Origin: Candidatus Thalassarchaeum betae
Lineage (GTDB): Archaea; Thermoplasmatota; Poseidoniia; Poseidoniales; Thalassarchaeaceae
DNA: 64,000 bases
Assembly: GCA_022447095.1 (NCBI GenBank)
Contig: JAKUUP010000002.1
Span: forward strand, 16,841-80,840
Direction of reading: 5' to 3'
Part shown: positions 9,180-19,831 of the stretch, piece by piece
How positions within the stretch are numbered: the first letter of the stretch is position 1
Layout: the number at the start of each line of letters is the position of its first letter
Position numbers and translations under genes: made by a program
The notes under the pieces: generated by a model
What the model saw: only the letters and a program-made list of their open reading frames with translations
Told to the model about the DNA's origin: nothing
Databases searched by the model: none

Positions 9180-10298
9180 TTACTGAGAGCCGGTTAGCCG
9201 GTTCATTGCATTAAGTAATTCAGATTTGTCAGCGAAATGTTCCGAAATCGGGGCCAAGGCCTCTACGAGGCCTTCTGCCACAGCCATTTTCGCATCGAGA
9301 GGATGTACCGTCCCATTTGCAACAGCTTCGATGAAAGACTGCAAATCAACCCAAGTCGAAGGTTCGCCGTACTCAGGCTTTGGAATGACTTGGATCGAGC
9401 CGCTGTTCGGGAGTACGATGTGCTGGGCTATCTCGAACACCGGGGAGTCGTCGCTGCCCACCTCAAGGAATGCCTTGCCAATCTTCGCGCGCACCGTATC
9501 GGGTGAATCATCTAGGAGGATGGCATTGCCGGGTTCAGACTTCGACATCTTGTGGTCGAAGGAGTCCATCCTCCCTCCAGGGCCTTTGAGCCCCGATATC
9601 ATAGGAGTGTGAATGCAAGTGGCCTTGGTCCAGCCGTACCTGTCTGCGACGTCTCGCATGTACATATGCGCCTTGCGCTGGTCCATGCCGCCGAATGCAA
9701 TATCGACTCCAAGCTCGAAGATATCGGCGGCCTGTAGAGCCGGGTAGTAGAAGGCGGCAAGGTCGTGGTCAGAAGAGTCCTCGTCGCGGCCCATGATGCT
9801 GAACGTCCTGCGCACCCTAGCGAGGCTCATGTTCTTCGAGCAACGCAGGACCCTCTCCCAGTACTTGCCGGAGTCCATCAACTCGGATGCACTGAGGAAC
9901 CTCAACTGACCCGATCCTTCGCCCTCCTCCAGATTACCAAGCAGGGCTCGGAAGACCTCTGTCATGTACTCGCCCGCGAGTGTGATCTTGCCCATGTCGC
10001 GGTCGAACTTGTCGTTGACCCATGCGTGCCAGTCTGCGAGTAGGATGATGACATTGACGCCTTCATTAAGCATGTTGCGAATGGTGTCGGCAAGGAGAAT
10101 GTATGCTAGATGCGCCTTGCCGCTCGGCTCGAGTCCGATGTAGGCGACAAGCTGGCCGTCACCCGAGTGTGTAGGGCCTCCTGCCATCACTGAAGCCACA
10201 TGTTCCACACCTACGACTTCAGCGCAGCCTGAGAACATCCTCTCAATGCATGCACGGCCCTCCTCGTCGAGCGACGAGAGGGTTTCGTCTTGGCTCAT
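9180..10298 (-). CDS. tyrS: Tyrosine--tRNA ligase (archaeal type)
   Basis: YIGLEPSGKAHLAY, ADWHAW, YPALQAAD, GGMDQRK, KMSKS. Confidence 0.95.
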   Translation of the reverse strand: MSQDETLSSLDEEGRACIERMFSGCAEVVGVEHVASVMAGGPTHSGDGQLVAYIGLEPSGKAHLAYILLADTIRNMLNEGVNVIILLADWHAWVNDKFDRDMGKITLAGEYMTEVFRALLGNLEEGEGSGQLRFLSASELMDSGKYWERVLRCSKNMSLARVRRTFSIMGRDEDSSDHDLAAFYYPALQAADIFELGVDIAFGGMDQRKAHMYMRDVADRYGWTKATCIHTPMISGLKGPGGRMDSFDHKMSKSEPGNAILLDDSPDTVRAKIGKAFLEVGSDDSPVFEIAQHIVLPNSGSIQVIPKPEYGEPSTWVDLQSFIEAVANGTVHPLDAKMAVAEGLVEALAPISEHFADKSELLNAMNRLTGSQ

Positions 10299-10306
10299 GC
10301 TTCACC

Positions 10307-10822
10307 TCATTCGAGTGATTTCGACAGTTTCTCCGCGCGTCCTGCAGCTCTGGTATTGTCACCTTGTTCCAGCGCGGCCTCGATTTCCTCAATCATAGAC
10401 TCTGCCTGCGCACGCACCTCGTCGGGCAGGTTTTCGGACATTCTCATGAAATGTCGTGCCCCGGATATTGCTGACTGGGCTTTGCTCGCCTTCTTGGCCC
10501 ATTCCTTGGCCTTGTTGCCTCTCTGCTTGGAGTCGTATCCGGTGGCCTCGTCGAGGAAGGTCGTCCACCTCCTACGGGCATCCATGGCTGCCTTCATCGC
10601 TTCCGGATCTTCGAAATTCGGAGGCACGTTTGTCACCTCTGCCACCAGCGCACCCTGCTCGTTGTAACTTGCCGCTATCGATGTCATAATACCATGAGAG
10701 GCACTGAACGAGTTGCTCTCTGTGCCCTCGACATTCTCGAAGTGCCTGCGTGCTAGGGCGGCCAGTCCGCCATCTGCAGTGACCTGCTTTACCAGTCCGC
10801 GCTTGACATCGAATCTTTCCAT
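10307..10822 (-). CDS. Conserved hypothetical protein, DUF5611-like N-terminus plus helical extension
   Basis: FDVKRG start and FLDEATGYDSKQR motif typical of this euryarchaeal family; 8-nt gap to tyrS. Confidence 0.6.
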   Translation of the reverse strand: MERFDVKRGLVKQVTADGGLAALARRHFENVEGTESNSFSASHGIMTSIAASYNEQGALVAEVTNVPPNFEDPEAMKAAMDARRRWTTFLDEATGYDSKQRGNKAKEWAKKASKAQSAISGARHFMRMSENLPDEVRAQAESMIEEIEAALEQGDNTRAAGRAEKLSKSLE

Positions 10823-10922
10823 GTCCGGGCGCTGGCTGGGACCTTCTTGAATGCTGTTGCGAGTCAGGCTGCGTCGGGGTGTGTGTCGAACGGGCTAAAC
10901 CGGCATCACCTGTCGGGCGGGC

Positions 10923-12140
10923 ATGCGGCGAAGGGTCGCCAGTACATTGGCTGTGGCCTGCGTCTTGCTGATGATAGCCCCAGCAGCGAGCGCCGGTTCG
11001 GCCGTGAACATGTATGATGTAGTCAGCCTGTCGGAGGAGGATCTGGGATTGAATGGGGCGGCGCTCGACCCTGTCGGCGAATGGGCCATCGTATTCGGTG
11101 CGGATGCGTATCTGGAACTCGTCAGCACTACGGATCCAGAGACTCGGATAGAACTGCTAGGGAGCAGCGAGGTGGATTTGAATGATGGTGACTTTCACCC
11201 AGGAGGTCAGACGGCATTCATCGTCGGCAATGAAGGGCAGGTACTCAGGTACGCCCGGGCGGACCATTCGATCACCAACGCTGGCGGTCAGGTCGAGTTC
11301 GGCCAGACGAAGTTGACTGCGGTCGCATGGAACACCGGAGGTTCCTGGGCCTATGTCGGAGGAGAGGACGGCTGGCTCTGGAGAATGAGGGCGGCTGAAG
11401 ACGGGGGTGCTGAGGTGTATCCGATTCTGGGACGAGGAGGCAGTGACATCTCAAGCATTGACTGCCATCCCTCGCTGGTGCTCTGCGTTGTTTCTAGCAC
11501 ATTAGATGGAATCGGAGTCATCGACCGGGATCACTCTCTGTATTGGATTGGCGGAACGTATTACCCGTGGTCTGATGTCCAGTGTCCGACAGGGGATCGT
11601 GATGAGTGCGTAGCAGTCTCGAGCGATCGTAACATCGCCACGATCTCCCTTGATGGTGAGCAGCCCTCGACCTCGGGAGTGGAAATCGTTCAACTCAGCG
11701 GTTCCGAGGGTTACTTCACGGGGCTGTCGCACCAGCACGGAGATCGCTCGCTCATCATCGTGACTCCCTTCAGCCTGATAGAGCACGATCTCAGCCTGAG
11801 CGCGTCGTTCCCATGGCTAGAGTATCGTGATGCCGTCGACTTCAACGCATCGATTGCAGGCGAGAGGATAGTGTCATCATGGAGCACGGACAGGGACAGT
11901 GGCTGGATCCTCACGGATAGGGGTTCGCTGGTGCAGTACCATCCGCCGCTTTCGAACTCGGTCGGAGGAATCCTAGGGGCTTGGATCCTGTTTGCTATTC
12001 CCCTCGCCACCCTCTTAGTGATACTCAGCCTCATGTTTGGCCTGTTTCCTAGTCTCAGGCAGTGGTTTACTCTTCGATTCGGTAGCGCCGAGGAGAAGCG
12101 CGATGCTCAAAGAGCGGCTCGCAGAAAGAAGGGGGGCTAG
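10923..12140 (+). CDS. Secreted beta-propeller (WD40-like) protein with C-terminal membrane anchor
   Basis: Signal peptide, repeated blades (DFHPGG..AFIVG, AWNTGG..AYVGG), C-terminal hydrophobic helix and basic tail. Confidence 0.7.
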   Translation: MRRRVASTLAVACVLLMIAPAASAGSAVNMYDVVSLSEEDLGLNGAALDPVGEWAIVFGADAYLELVSTTDPETRIELLGSSEVDLNDGDFHPGGQTAFIVGNEGQVLRYARADHSITNAGGQVEFGQTKLTAVAWNTGGSWAYVGGEDGWLWRMRAAEDGGAEVYPILGRGGSDISSIDCHPSLVLCVVSSTLDGIGVIDRDHSLYWIGGTYYPWSDVQCPTGDRDECVAVSSDRNIATISLDGEQPSTSGVEIVQLSGSEGYFTGLSHQHGDRSLIIVTPFSLIEHDLSLSASFPWLEYRDAVDFNASIAGERIVSSWSTDRDSGWILTDRGSLVQYHPPLSNSVGGILGAWILFAIPLATLLVILSLMFGLFPSLRQWFTLRFGSAEEKRDAQRAARRKKGG

Positions 12141-12209
12141 CGAAATCCGGCCCTCCGGGTCGTGAAGCAACGTTCATGTGGGCCACACTGTCGGGACCGA
12201 TTGAGAGAG

Positions 12210-13382
12210 ATGGCGTACGAGGCATTGGACTTCTACGATGTCGATTCACTGCTGACCGACGAGGAGCGGATGATTCGCGACGCCGTCCGGGACTGGGTCG
12301 ACGAGAACGTCATACCAAACATCGAGAAGGCCTGCAGAGACGGGGTATTCCCCGACCAGTGGCGCGTCGATCTGGGTGAGATGGGCGTGCTAGGGGCTCC
12401 TCTCAAAGGCTACGGCTGCCCCGGGCTGTCATACATCGCATACGGCCTAATCTGCCAAGAGCTCGAGCGAGGCGACAGCGGTGTGCGCTCGTTCGCCAGC
12501 GTGCAGGGCTCACTCGCCATGTACCCGATATGGGACTTCGGCAGCGAGGAGCAGAAGAACCGCTACCTGCCCAAGATGCACGCTGGTGAGTGGATCGGCT
12601 GCTTCGGCCTCACGGAGCCAGACTACGGCTCCAATCCCGGCGACATGATTACTCGGGCCGAGGATAAGGGAGACCATTACTTGCTCAACGGCGCGAAGAT
12701 GTGGATCACCAACGGCACCATAGCTGATTTGGCCATCGTCTGGGCGAAACTCGACGGTGTCATCCGCGGTTTCATTGTCGAGAAGGAAGACCCTGGCTTC
12801 ACCGCACCAGAGATGACGGGGAAGCACTCTCTCAAGGCCAGCGTGACCAGCGAGTTGGTCTTCCAAGACTGCAAGATACCAAAGGACAGGATCCTGCCCG
12901 GCGTGGAGGGGCTGAAGGGGCCGTTCAGCTGCCTCAACAACGCACGCTATGGAATCTCTTGGGGAGCAGTGGGAGCGGCCCAGTCCTGCTTCAGCTCGGC
13001 TAGGGAGTACGCACTCAGCCGAATCCAGTTCGACCATCCGATAGCTTCCTACCAACTGGTACAAAACAAGCTCTCTTGGATGCTGCGGGAGATAACCAAG
13101 GGCCAGCTTCTCGCATTCCATCTCGGCAAGAAGAAGGATGACGGGACCTGGACGCCCGAGCAGATATCCTTGGCCAAGATGAACAACGTCGATATGGCAC
13201 TGGAGATCGCTAGAATGGCGCGCGATATACACGGGGCCAATGGAATACTCGACGAGTACCCGATAATGCGGCACATGGCGAATCTGGAGTCGGTCAAGAC
13301 CTACGAGGGCACTCACGATATCCACAATCTCATCATCGGACGCCACATCACCGGGATTCAGGCCTTCACGCGAGAGTCTTAA
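12210..13382 (+). CDS. gcdH: Glutaryl-CoA dehydrogenase
   Basis: ELERGDSGVRSFASVQGSL, GCFGLTEPDYGSNP, CLNNARYGISWG, HMANLESVKTYEGTHDIH; start taken at ATG 12210. Confidence 0.9.
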   Translation: MAYEALDFYDVDSLLTDEERMIRDAVRDWVDENVIPNIEKACRDGVFPDQWRVDLGEMGVLGAPLKGYGCPGLSYIAYGLICQELERGDSGVRSFASVQGSLAMYPIWDFGSEEQKNRYLPKMHAGEWIGCFGLTEPDYGSNPGDMITRAEDKGDHYLLNGAKMWITNGTIADLAIVWAKLDGVIRGFIVEKEDPGFTAPEMTGKHSLKASVTSELVFQDCKIPKDRILPGVEGLKGPFSCLNNARYGISWGAVGAAQSCFSSAREYALSRIQFDHPIASYQLVQNKLSWMLREITKGQLLAFHLGKKKDDGTWTPEQISLAKMNNVDMALEIARMARDIHGANGILDEYPIMRHMANLESVKTYEGTHDIHNLIIGRHITGIQAFTRES

Positions 13383-13465
13383 GTCTCGATTGGGCTCTAT
13401 AGAGCCCATTTCGCCTTCCCAATCTTCTTAGATGGGTCTTCGGTCGCCGAAGCGCCGGTGCTCAC

Positions 13466-14227
13466 ATGGGGATCGCAGTACTACTCAAGCAGGTTCCGGA
13501 CACCACTGCCAAGATCACCGTCTCAGGTGGCAGAGTCGATGAGGCTGCAGTCAGTAAGTGGTCGTTCAGCCCGTATGATGAATACGCCCTAGAATCTGCC
13601 CTCCAGATCAAGGAGGCCGGTGGTGGTGACCTGATCGCAGTGACCTGCGGTCCGGCACGCGCTGCGAAGATGCTCACAGACGCGGCAGCCGTCGGGGCCG
13701 ATGCATTGGTCCACATCATCGTGGACGACCTCAGCGCACTCGACACCACGCAGGTACAGGCGATACTGGCCGCGGCCGTCAAGCACATCGGTGCCGATGT
13801 CGTGTTCTGCGGCAAGCAGGCAGCAGACACCAACGCCGGCTCAACCGGCCCCGGTGTCGCTCATCTTCTAGATGCATCGTGTGTCACCATGGTCTCCGAA
13901 GTTTCAGCGGACGGAGACTCCTTCACCGCGATGCGCGCCAGTGCTGGCGGCAACGAGATGGTCGGTGTATCCGGCCCGTGCGTGTTCGCCTTCGACAAGG
14001 GTACCACAGAACTACGTCGGCCTAACGTACGAGGCATTATGATGGCCAAGAAGAAGATCATCGAGACGATGACCCCGGCCGACCTCGGTGTCGACACAGG
14101 CGACTCCTCCGTTTCCATTGATGCACACTCGCCGCCTCCAGAAAAACCCCCAGGACAGAAGTTTGAGGGGGCTGAGTCTGTCGCGACCGTGGTCGGCAAA
14201 CTGCGCGACGAGGCGAATGTGATCTGA
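13466..14227 (+). CDS. etfB: Electron transfer flavoprotein beta subunit
   Basis: LKQVPD, SPYDEYALE, CGKQAAD, LRRPNVRGIMMAKKK. Confidence 0.93.
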   Translation: MGIAVLLKQVPDTTAKITVSGGRVDEAAVSKWSFSPYDEYALESALQIKEAGGGDLIAVTCGPARAAKMLTDAAAVGADALVHIIVDDLSALDTTQVQAILAAAVKHIGADVVFCGKQAADTNAGSTGPGVAHLLDASCVTMVSEVSADGDSFTAMRASAGGNEMVGVSGPCVFAFDKGTTELRRPNVRGIMMAKKKIIETMTPADLGVDTGDSSVSIDAHSPPPEKPPGQKFEGAESVATVVGKLRDEANVI

Positions 14228-14236
14228 GGTTAGAGC

Positions 14237-15163
14237 ATGGATGTCACAGTGATAGCAGAGGCTTCCGAGGGCGGGCTGCACCCCGTCACCGCACAACTGG
14301 TAGGTGCTGCGTCTTCCATCGGAGGGAGCTCGACAGTGCTGTGCGCCGGAGGTGTGGGTGCTACCGAGGCAGCTTCCATCACCGGTGTGGCCAAGGTAAT
14401 CTCAATTCAGGGTGATTGCTTCGGTTCATTCGATGGCGGGGCTTGGGCGGAGGCTCTGAACTCGGTGGCGCATGGTGATGTCATCATGGCGGCTGCTACG
14501 GCCTCGGGGCGCGAGATAGCGGCGACGATGGCCGCGATGCGCGGAATACCGATTGTGCAGGACGCAACGGCTCTGGAGGTGGCTTCAGGAATCTCGATCA
14601 CACGGCCAATATACTCAGGCAAGGCAATCGAAACCTCGACAGTCCAGTGGCCTTGCGCGATCACACTGCGAGCCAATGCCTTCGATGCAGCTGGAGGCGG
14701 GGGTAACGCGGATGTCAGCACGGTCAACCAGAGCGCTGATGTCGCCGTCGCAGTCAAGGAAGCCATCGCCAAGGCTAGCGAGAGTTTGGATGTGGCCGAG
14801 GCCGACATCATCATCTCCGGCGGGAGAGGCATGGGCGATCCGGCCAACTTCTCGCACCTCAACGAGGTCGCTGACATGATCGGGGCTGCGGTCGGAGCTA
14901 GCAGAGCCGCTGTGGACACTTGGGACGAGATACCCCACAGCATGCAGGTCGGTCAGACCGGTAAGACGGTTACCCCCCGCCTCTACATCGCGGTCGGAAT
15001 CAGCGGCGCCATCCAGCATCTGGCTGGGATGAGAACAAGCAAGTACATCGTGGCCATCAACAAGGACCCTGATGCACCGATCTTCGGCGTCGCTGACTAT
15101 GGAATAGTCGCCACTTGGGAGGAAGCTATCCCTGCCCTCAAAGACGAACTAGGCAAACTGTGA
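14237..15163 (+). CDS. etfA: Electron transfer flavoprotein alpha subunit
   Basis: [45 protein letters not shown]. Confidence 0.95.
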   Translation: MDVTVIAEASEGGLHPVTAQLVGAASSIGGSSTVLCAGGVGATEAASITGVAKVISIQGDCFGSFDGGAWAEALNSVAHGDVIMAAATASGREIAATMAAMRGIPIVQDATALEVASGISITRPIYSGKAIETSTVQWPCAITLRANAFDAAGGGGNADVSTVNQSADVAVAVKEAIAKASESLDVAEADIIISGGRGMGDPANFSHLNEVADMIGAAVGASRAAVDTWDEIPHSMQVGQTGKTVTPRLYIAVGISGAIQHLAGMRTSKYIVAINKDPDAPIFGVADYGIVATWEEAIPALKDELGKL

Positions 15164-16672
15164 TCATCGGGCTTGCACCGTTATCGTTGACTTCGTCGAT
15201 GCTCCTCTGTCGTCGGTGACAGTCAGGTGAAAGACGTGCACACCGCTGGCTATCCGGACGCGAATCTGCGGCGTGTCTCCGATGACCACCCCTTTTCCAT
15301 CCTCCCATGCCCATCCCTCGATAGTGCCGTCGGGGTCGTACGAGCGACCACCATCAAGCAGCACTGTTGCCTTGCGGTCCTCGTCGACATCAACGGTGCG
15401 GTCATCGCCAGCGTCGGCAACCGGAGGGAGGTTAATCGCGCGGGCTGATGCTGAAAGGTCATCGAGTAGGTCGGCTTCAACGGCCTGCTCGTCCACCTTA
15501 ATCTCCATCGCTTCCTCTAGGGTGTCGAGGATGTCCCTGGCTTGATCGGGGAGGGCCGGCCTCTCATCGGCCATCTGCTCTTCCTCCTCGGAGAGAGAGC
15601 CTGAGAATTCGTCCGAACTCGATTCAGTTGGCTCCTCTGTAGTTAGGAAGTCGTCATGACGAGGGGGCATGTCGGGGTCGAGAATGATCATGGGAGCAGG
15701 TGCCCCTCCCTTCCTGTCGTCACCAAGCACAGCAACTCGTTCACCCAGATCAAGAATGTGTTCGACCACGCCGATGTGCTCGAACTGCCAGATGACCTCG
15801 CCGCCCTTGGTAATCCGAAAGACGTCAAACCACGATGCGACCAACAGGTCATCACCCCATGCACAGACACCCGATATCTGGTAGTCAAGTTCCGCTATCA
15901 ACTGCTCTTGTCGCTCATCGATATCTAGACTGAGCAGGCTACCGTCAAAGCAGCCCACCACCACGCCCGAGTCGGTGGCCAACAGAGTGGTTGCTCTCGC
16001 GGGCAACTCGGAGATGTTGACGAGTCCGCGCTCGGAATGCCAGCACTCCAGCCTGTTCTCAGGCCGTTCGTCCACTGTCATGCCAAGAGAGTTGCGAGCG
16101 ACTACGAGAATACCGTCAGAGCGGAAAGTCATGCATGATATCGTCTCAACATCATCCTCTGCGGCCGGTGAATCTTGCAACACCTCGAGTTTTGGACCGA
16201 GGACGAGCAATCTGCCGTCCTCAAGCGCGATAGCGCAGGTTCCATCTTGGGCGCTGGCGAGTCCGGTTGGATGGCCGACGTGCAACTTGGCGGCCTCGCT
16301 GCCATCAGTGGCAAGAACCGTCAGGTAGCCGGAGCCGTCGGCCACTACCACGTGAGCGGCCGAGGTCGTCATCGTCTCACAACCAGATTCTAGAGGGTAC
16401 GACCATCGGGGTTCGGAGTGGAACGAGGATACACCGCCCGTGTTAGTGGCCCCGACCACTAAGTCGCCTAGACCAGCCAGTCCAACTACCCTGCTGCCGA
16501 GGTCAGTGGATTCGATGACGACACCGTCGCAGCCGAACACATGTAGGGCTCCGGAGTCGCACCCGATGGCGAAGTCACCGCCAGGGAGAACGCAGGTGCA
16601 GCGGGCGACTTCGTCGAGGTCGATGCTGGCGAGAGAGTCTATCGTGCCGCTCATGGTCTCCTGAGAGTTCAA
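15164..16672 (-). CDS. Beta-propeller protein with acidic linker and C-terminal PKD/REJ-like Ig domain
   Basis: Blade-like repeats; C-terminal NLPPVADAGDD...LDGGRSYDPDG...LTVTDDRGA; no signal peptide. Confidence 0.7.
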   Translation of the reverse strand: MNSQETMSGTIDSLASIDLDEVARCTCVLPGGDFAIGCDSGALHVFGCDGVVIESTDLGSRVVGLAGLGDLVVGATNTGGVSSFHSEPRWSYPLESGCETMTTSAAHVVVADGSGYLTVLATDGSEAAKLHVGHPTGLASAQDGTCAIALEDGRLLVLGPKLEVLQDSPAAEDDVETISCMTFRSDGILVVARNSLGMTVDERPENRLECWHSERGLVNISELPARATTLLATDSGVVVGCFDGSLLSLDIDERQEQLIAELDYQISGVCAWGDDLLVASWFDVFRITKGGEVIWQFEHIGVVEHILDLGERVAVLGDDRKGGAPAPMIILDPDMPPRHDDFLTTEEPTESSSDEFSGSLSEEEEQMADERPALPDQARDILDTLEEAMEIKVDEQAVEADLLDDLSASARAINLPPVADAGDDRTVDVDEDRKATVLLDGGRSYDPDGTIEGWAWEDGKGVVIGDTPQIRVRIASGVHVFHLTVTDDRGASTKSTITVQAR

Positions 16673-16700
16673 TCGAACTTCATTCTGCCGCGTCGGCGTG

Positions 16701-18203
16701 CTAGACGGATGCTTTTCTCTTCGCAGCGTCGTTGCGCATGCTCTCGACCTTCGCTAGGTACTCCTCTGTGATGCCTCCGGTCACGTACTCGCCGTTGAAG
16801 CAAGAGCAGTCGAAACTGGCGATATCGGTGTCCCCTGCGCCCAGACATGCCTCGATCAAATCAGGCAGTTCCTGATAGAGTAGCCAATCGACGCCGATGA
16901 CCTCGCGAATCTCTTCTATCGTTCGACCGTGGGCGACGTACTCGTTGCGCGCGGGCATGTCGATGCCGTACACGTTAGGGTGCACGATAGGAGGAGAGGA
17001 GGAAGCGAAGAAGACATGCTTGGCTCCAGCCTCCTTGGCCATCTCGACAATCCTGCGTGATGTGTTGCCACGGACGATGCTGTCATCCACTATCAGCACT
17101 GCCTTGCCTGCGAACTCCTCCTCGATGGTATTGAGTTTCTTCTTTACCGAGTCCTTCCTCATGGACTGCCCCGGCATAATGAACGTCCTGCCGATGTAGC
17201 GGTTCTTGACGAAGCCCTCTCTGAAAGGCACTCCCAGTTCCATCGCCAGTTCCATAGCGGCGATCCTGCCGCTGTCGGGCACCGGTACGACCGCCTCTAT
17301 GCCGTGGTCGGGATGCTCCTCCTGAATCCTTCTGGCCAGCGCAGCGCCCATCCTAAGTCGGGCCCCGTGTACTGAGACTCCATCCAGAACCGAATCGGGC
17401 CTAGCGAAATAGACATGCTCGAAGATGCACGGCGTGTGAACCGGCTCGGGGTGGCATACCTTCGACGAGAACGAGCCGTCCATACGGACGATAACGGCCT
17501 CCCCGGGCGCCACGTCGCGGTCCATCTCAAAGCCGAGCGCCTTGCAGACGACACTCTCTGAGGCGAACACACGCTCCGTGAAGCCGTCGACATCATTGAT
17601 CCCAATGAACAAAGGGCGGATGCCGTTCGGGTCACGGAACGCCACCAGACCCCAACCAGTGATCAGAGTGACCGCGCTGTAACTACCCTCAGCCCGCAGG
17701 TGTGTGCGCTCGACAGCTCGGAAGATGTCGTCCTCGGCCAGAGCCTCCATCCCGCCCGGTCGTCCGTTGACCGAGCGCTGTATCTCCGCGGCGAACAGGT
17801 TCAGCAGGGCCTCGGAGTCGGAACTGGTGTTGATTCTCCTGTGGTCATACTCCAGCAGCCCGTTGATGATGTCAGAGGTGTTGTTCAGATTTCCATTGTG
17901 AGCGAGGCTGACTCCAAAGGGAGTGTTGGTATAGAACGGCTGAGCCTCGGCCGCCGAGTTCGAACCGGCCGTGGGGTAGCGTACGTGACCTATGCCCATC
18001 GAACCGTCAAGTTTGGACATATGCTTCGACCTGAAGACGTCGCGAACGAGGCCGTTTGCTCGGCGATGAGAGATGTTGTCGGAATCACTGGTTACTATGC
18101 CAGCAGCATCCTGCCCGCGGTGCTGTAGGACAAGCATGCCGTCGTAGATGCAACTTACGACCTGCGAGTGCGGATGCCCCACGATTCCGATGATACCGCA
18201 CAT
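16701..18203 (-). CDS. purF: Amidophosphoribosyltransferase
   Basis: MCGIIG, QHRGQD, HVRYPTAG, HNGNL, CIFEHVYFARPDS, VDDSIVRGNT. Confidence 0.97.
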   Translation of the reverse strand: MCGIIGIVGHPHSQVVSCIYDGMLVLQHRGQDAAGIVTSDSDNISHRRANGLVRDVFRSKHMSKLDGSMGIGHVRYPTAGSNSAAEAQPFYTNTPFGVSLAHNGNLNNTSDIINGLLEYDHRRINTSSDSEALLNLFAAEIQRSVNGRPGGMEALAEDDIFRAVERTHLRAEGSYSAVTLITGWGLVAFRDPNGIRPLFIGINDVDGFTERVFASESVVCKALGFEMDRDVAPGEAVIVRMDGSFSSKVCHPEPVHTPCIFEHVYFARPDSVLDGVSVHGARLRMGAALARRIQEEHPDHGIEAVVPVPDSGRIAAMELAMELGVPFREGFVKNRYIGRTFIMPGQSMRKDSVKKKLNTIEEEFAGKAVLIVDDSIVRGNTSRRIVEMAKEAGAKHVFFASSSPPIVHPNVYGIDMPARNEYVAHGRTIEEIREVIGVDWLLYQELPDLIEACLGAGDTDIASFDCSCFNGEYVTGGITEEYLAKVESMRNDAAKRKASV

Positions 18204-18251
18204 CGGATACCGTACGGGCCTAGCGGTGCGGGCCTTAGCACTTTCCGGGAA

Positions 18252-18437
18252 TCACTTGCGCTCGGACATCGAGCGGTTACGCTTGCTCCACCTGTACTTG
18301 CGAATCCTAGCAGTGGCGCCGTAGCCGCAGTGAGCGCAAACGCTCTTGGTCTTGTGATAAGAGTGCCTGCCGCAGCGACGGCAGCGGATGTGCGTCGATT
18401 TCTGACGCTTGCCCATACTTGGAGTTCCCTTAGACAT
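18252..18437 (-). CDS. rpl37e: 50S ribosomal protein L37e
   Basis: [24 protein letters not shown]....CAHCGYG. Confidence 0.96.
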   Translation of the reverse strand: MSKGTPSMGKRQKSTHIRCRRCGRHSYHKTKSVCAHCGYGATARIRKYRWSKRNRSMSERK

Positions 18438-18505
18438 CGCTACCACCTATCTGAACAGCGCGGCCACCGACGCGGGTGTTATGAGAGTTGCCCAAGTGAA
18501 ATGAG

Positions 18506-18862
18506 TCACACAGAGCCGGATTCAGACTCCAGTAGAGCAAGCAACGGGTCTTCGGGGCGTTTTCTGAGGGAGATTCTGAACAGCATCACCGTTAGGAGCA
18601 CGAAGGCCAGTGGAAGGATTCTGATAATCGCCATAGCCCCCTCGACTAGGGTCAATCTGAGTGCATCCAGCCCGAATTCGACATCATGAATTTCCGCGAT
18701 CACATAGGTCGCAACGAAGATGACAGCGAAGGCACCCAGCGAGGGTACCTCAGGGCGGTGGTACGGGTTGATTGTGCCGAGCATCGTGAACAACACACAG
18801 AGAGAAGTGAGGGCGGTAGCGCCGGAGAAGGCAGCGATGGCCAGTTCTATCTCAAGATTCAT
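18506..18862 (-). CDS. Hypothetical membrane protein (about 3 TM)
   Basis: Hydrophobic helices; overlaps the stop of the upstream gene. Confidence 0.6.
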   Translation of the reverse strand: MNLEIELAIAAFSGATALTSLCVLFTMLGTINPYHRPEVPSLGAFAVIFVATYVIAEIHDVEFGLDALRLTLVEGAMAIIRILPLAFVLLTVMLFRISLRKRPEDPLLALLESESGSV

Positions 18863-19394
18863 CGCTTTCACCTCCGAGGTGCCGTTTCAGCACACTCTCA
18901 ACGTATCGCTGCTCCCTCTCGGTGAGCGGTTCGGTCTCGGCTTCTGAGGGCACCATCCTCTCAGCGGTTCTGACGCCGAGGGCGAAAACCGCGAGTGCGA
19001 GTGCCACCCCGGGAAGTGCGGCCAGGGCCAGCAGGAAATCGGTCAAACTGGTCCCCTCTATGGACGGGTAGGCTACGTACCAGGCGACAGCGACCAGAAG
19101 CCAGCCCGCTAGCAGGGTGGCAGGGCGGGCCTTCCAATACAGCGGGGCTCCCATCAGAACCAAAGCAAAGCCGAAGACCGCTGGAACTACCCAGAGTGAA
19201 TCGATCATGCTCAGGACCAACCTGGCCTCGGGCTCGGGAGGCTCATGCGTATGAACCAGCATCAGAGCGAGACCCAGCAGGGCCACCGGAGCGCCGAAGC
19301 GGTGGCGTGAGAATGCCGGGCCAGTCCTGTGCATCCCTATGCCGATGACGCACAGCGCAAAACCCAGCCACACCTGCAAAGCCCAAGGGGACAT
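18852..19394 (-). CDS. Hypothetical membrane protein (about 5 TM)
   Basis: Five hydrophobic stretches and a charged tail. Confidence 0.6.
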   Translation of the reverse strand: MSPWALQVWLGFALCVIGIGMHRTGPAFSRHRFGAPVALLGLALMLVHTHEPPEPEARLVLSMIDSLWVVPAVFGFALVLMGAPLYWKARPATLLAGWLLVAVAWYVAYPSIEGTSLTDFLLALAALPGVALALAVFALGVRTAERMVPSEAETEPLTEREQRYVESVLKRHLGGESDES

Positions 19395-19536
19395 GGCCTG
19401 CGACGTGCTTGGACATTACATCGTATTTGCGCAGTAAGCCCCCGAGACCTCGCCTTCCTGCTACGCAGGAGGCTCGATAGAGTTCATAAACGGGTCATCG
19501 GTGGCCGCGGTGTCGCAAGACGCTTAGGTGAAAGCC

Positions 19537-19818
19537 ATGGTCAAGATGCCACGCACGGTGAAGCGATACAGCCCCGCTGCTGGTAAGCACACCGAGCACA
19601 CCGTAGAACGCGTCAGGAAGCGACGTGCTAGCGAACTGAAGTGGGGTCAGCGCCGCTTCCGCCGGGTCACCGCGGGTTACCGCGGTTTCCCCCGTCCGAA
19701 GCCCTCTGGTGAAAAGCCGACCAGGCGTGTCAATCTCATCTACCGGTGCACAGAGACTGGTAAAGCACACTCGCCCTCGGGCAAGCGTGCTAGGAAGTTC
19801 GAACTAATCGACAAGTGA
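19537..19818 (+). CDS. rpl44e: 50S ribosomal protein L44e
   Basis: KMPRTVKRYSP...HTEH.VE, LKWGQRRFRR..GY.G.PRP, KPTRRVNL.YRC. Confidence 0.94.
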   Translation: MVKMPRTVKRYSPAAGKHTEHTVERVRKRRASELKWGQRRFRRVTAGYRGFPRPKPSGEKPTRRVNLIYRCTETGKAHSPSGKRARKFELIDK

Positions 19819-19831
19819 TTGAGGTATTGAG

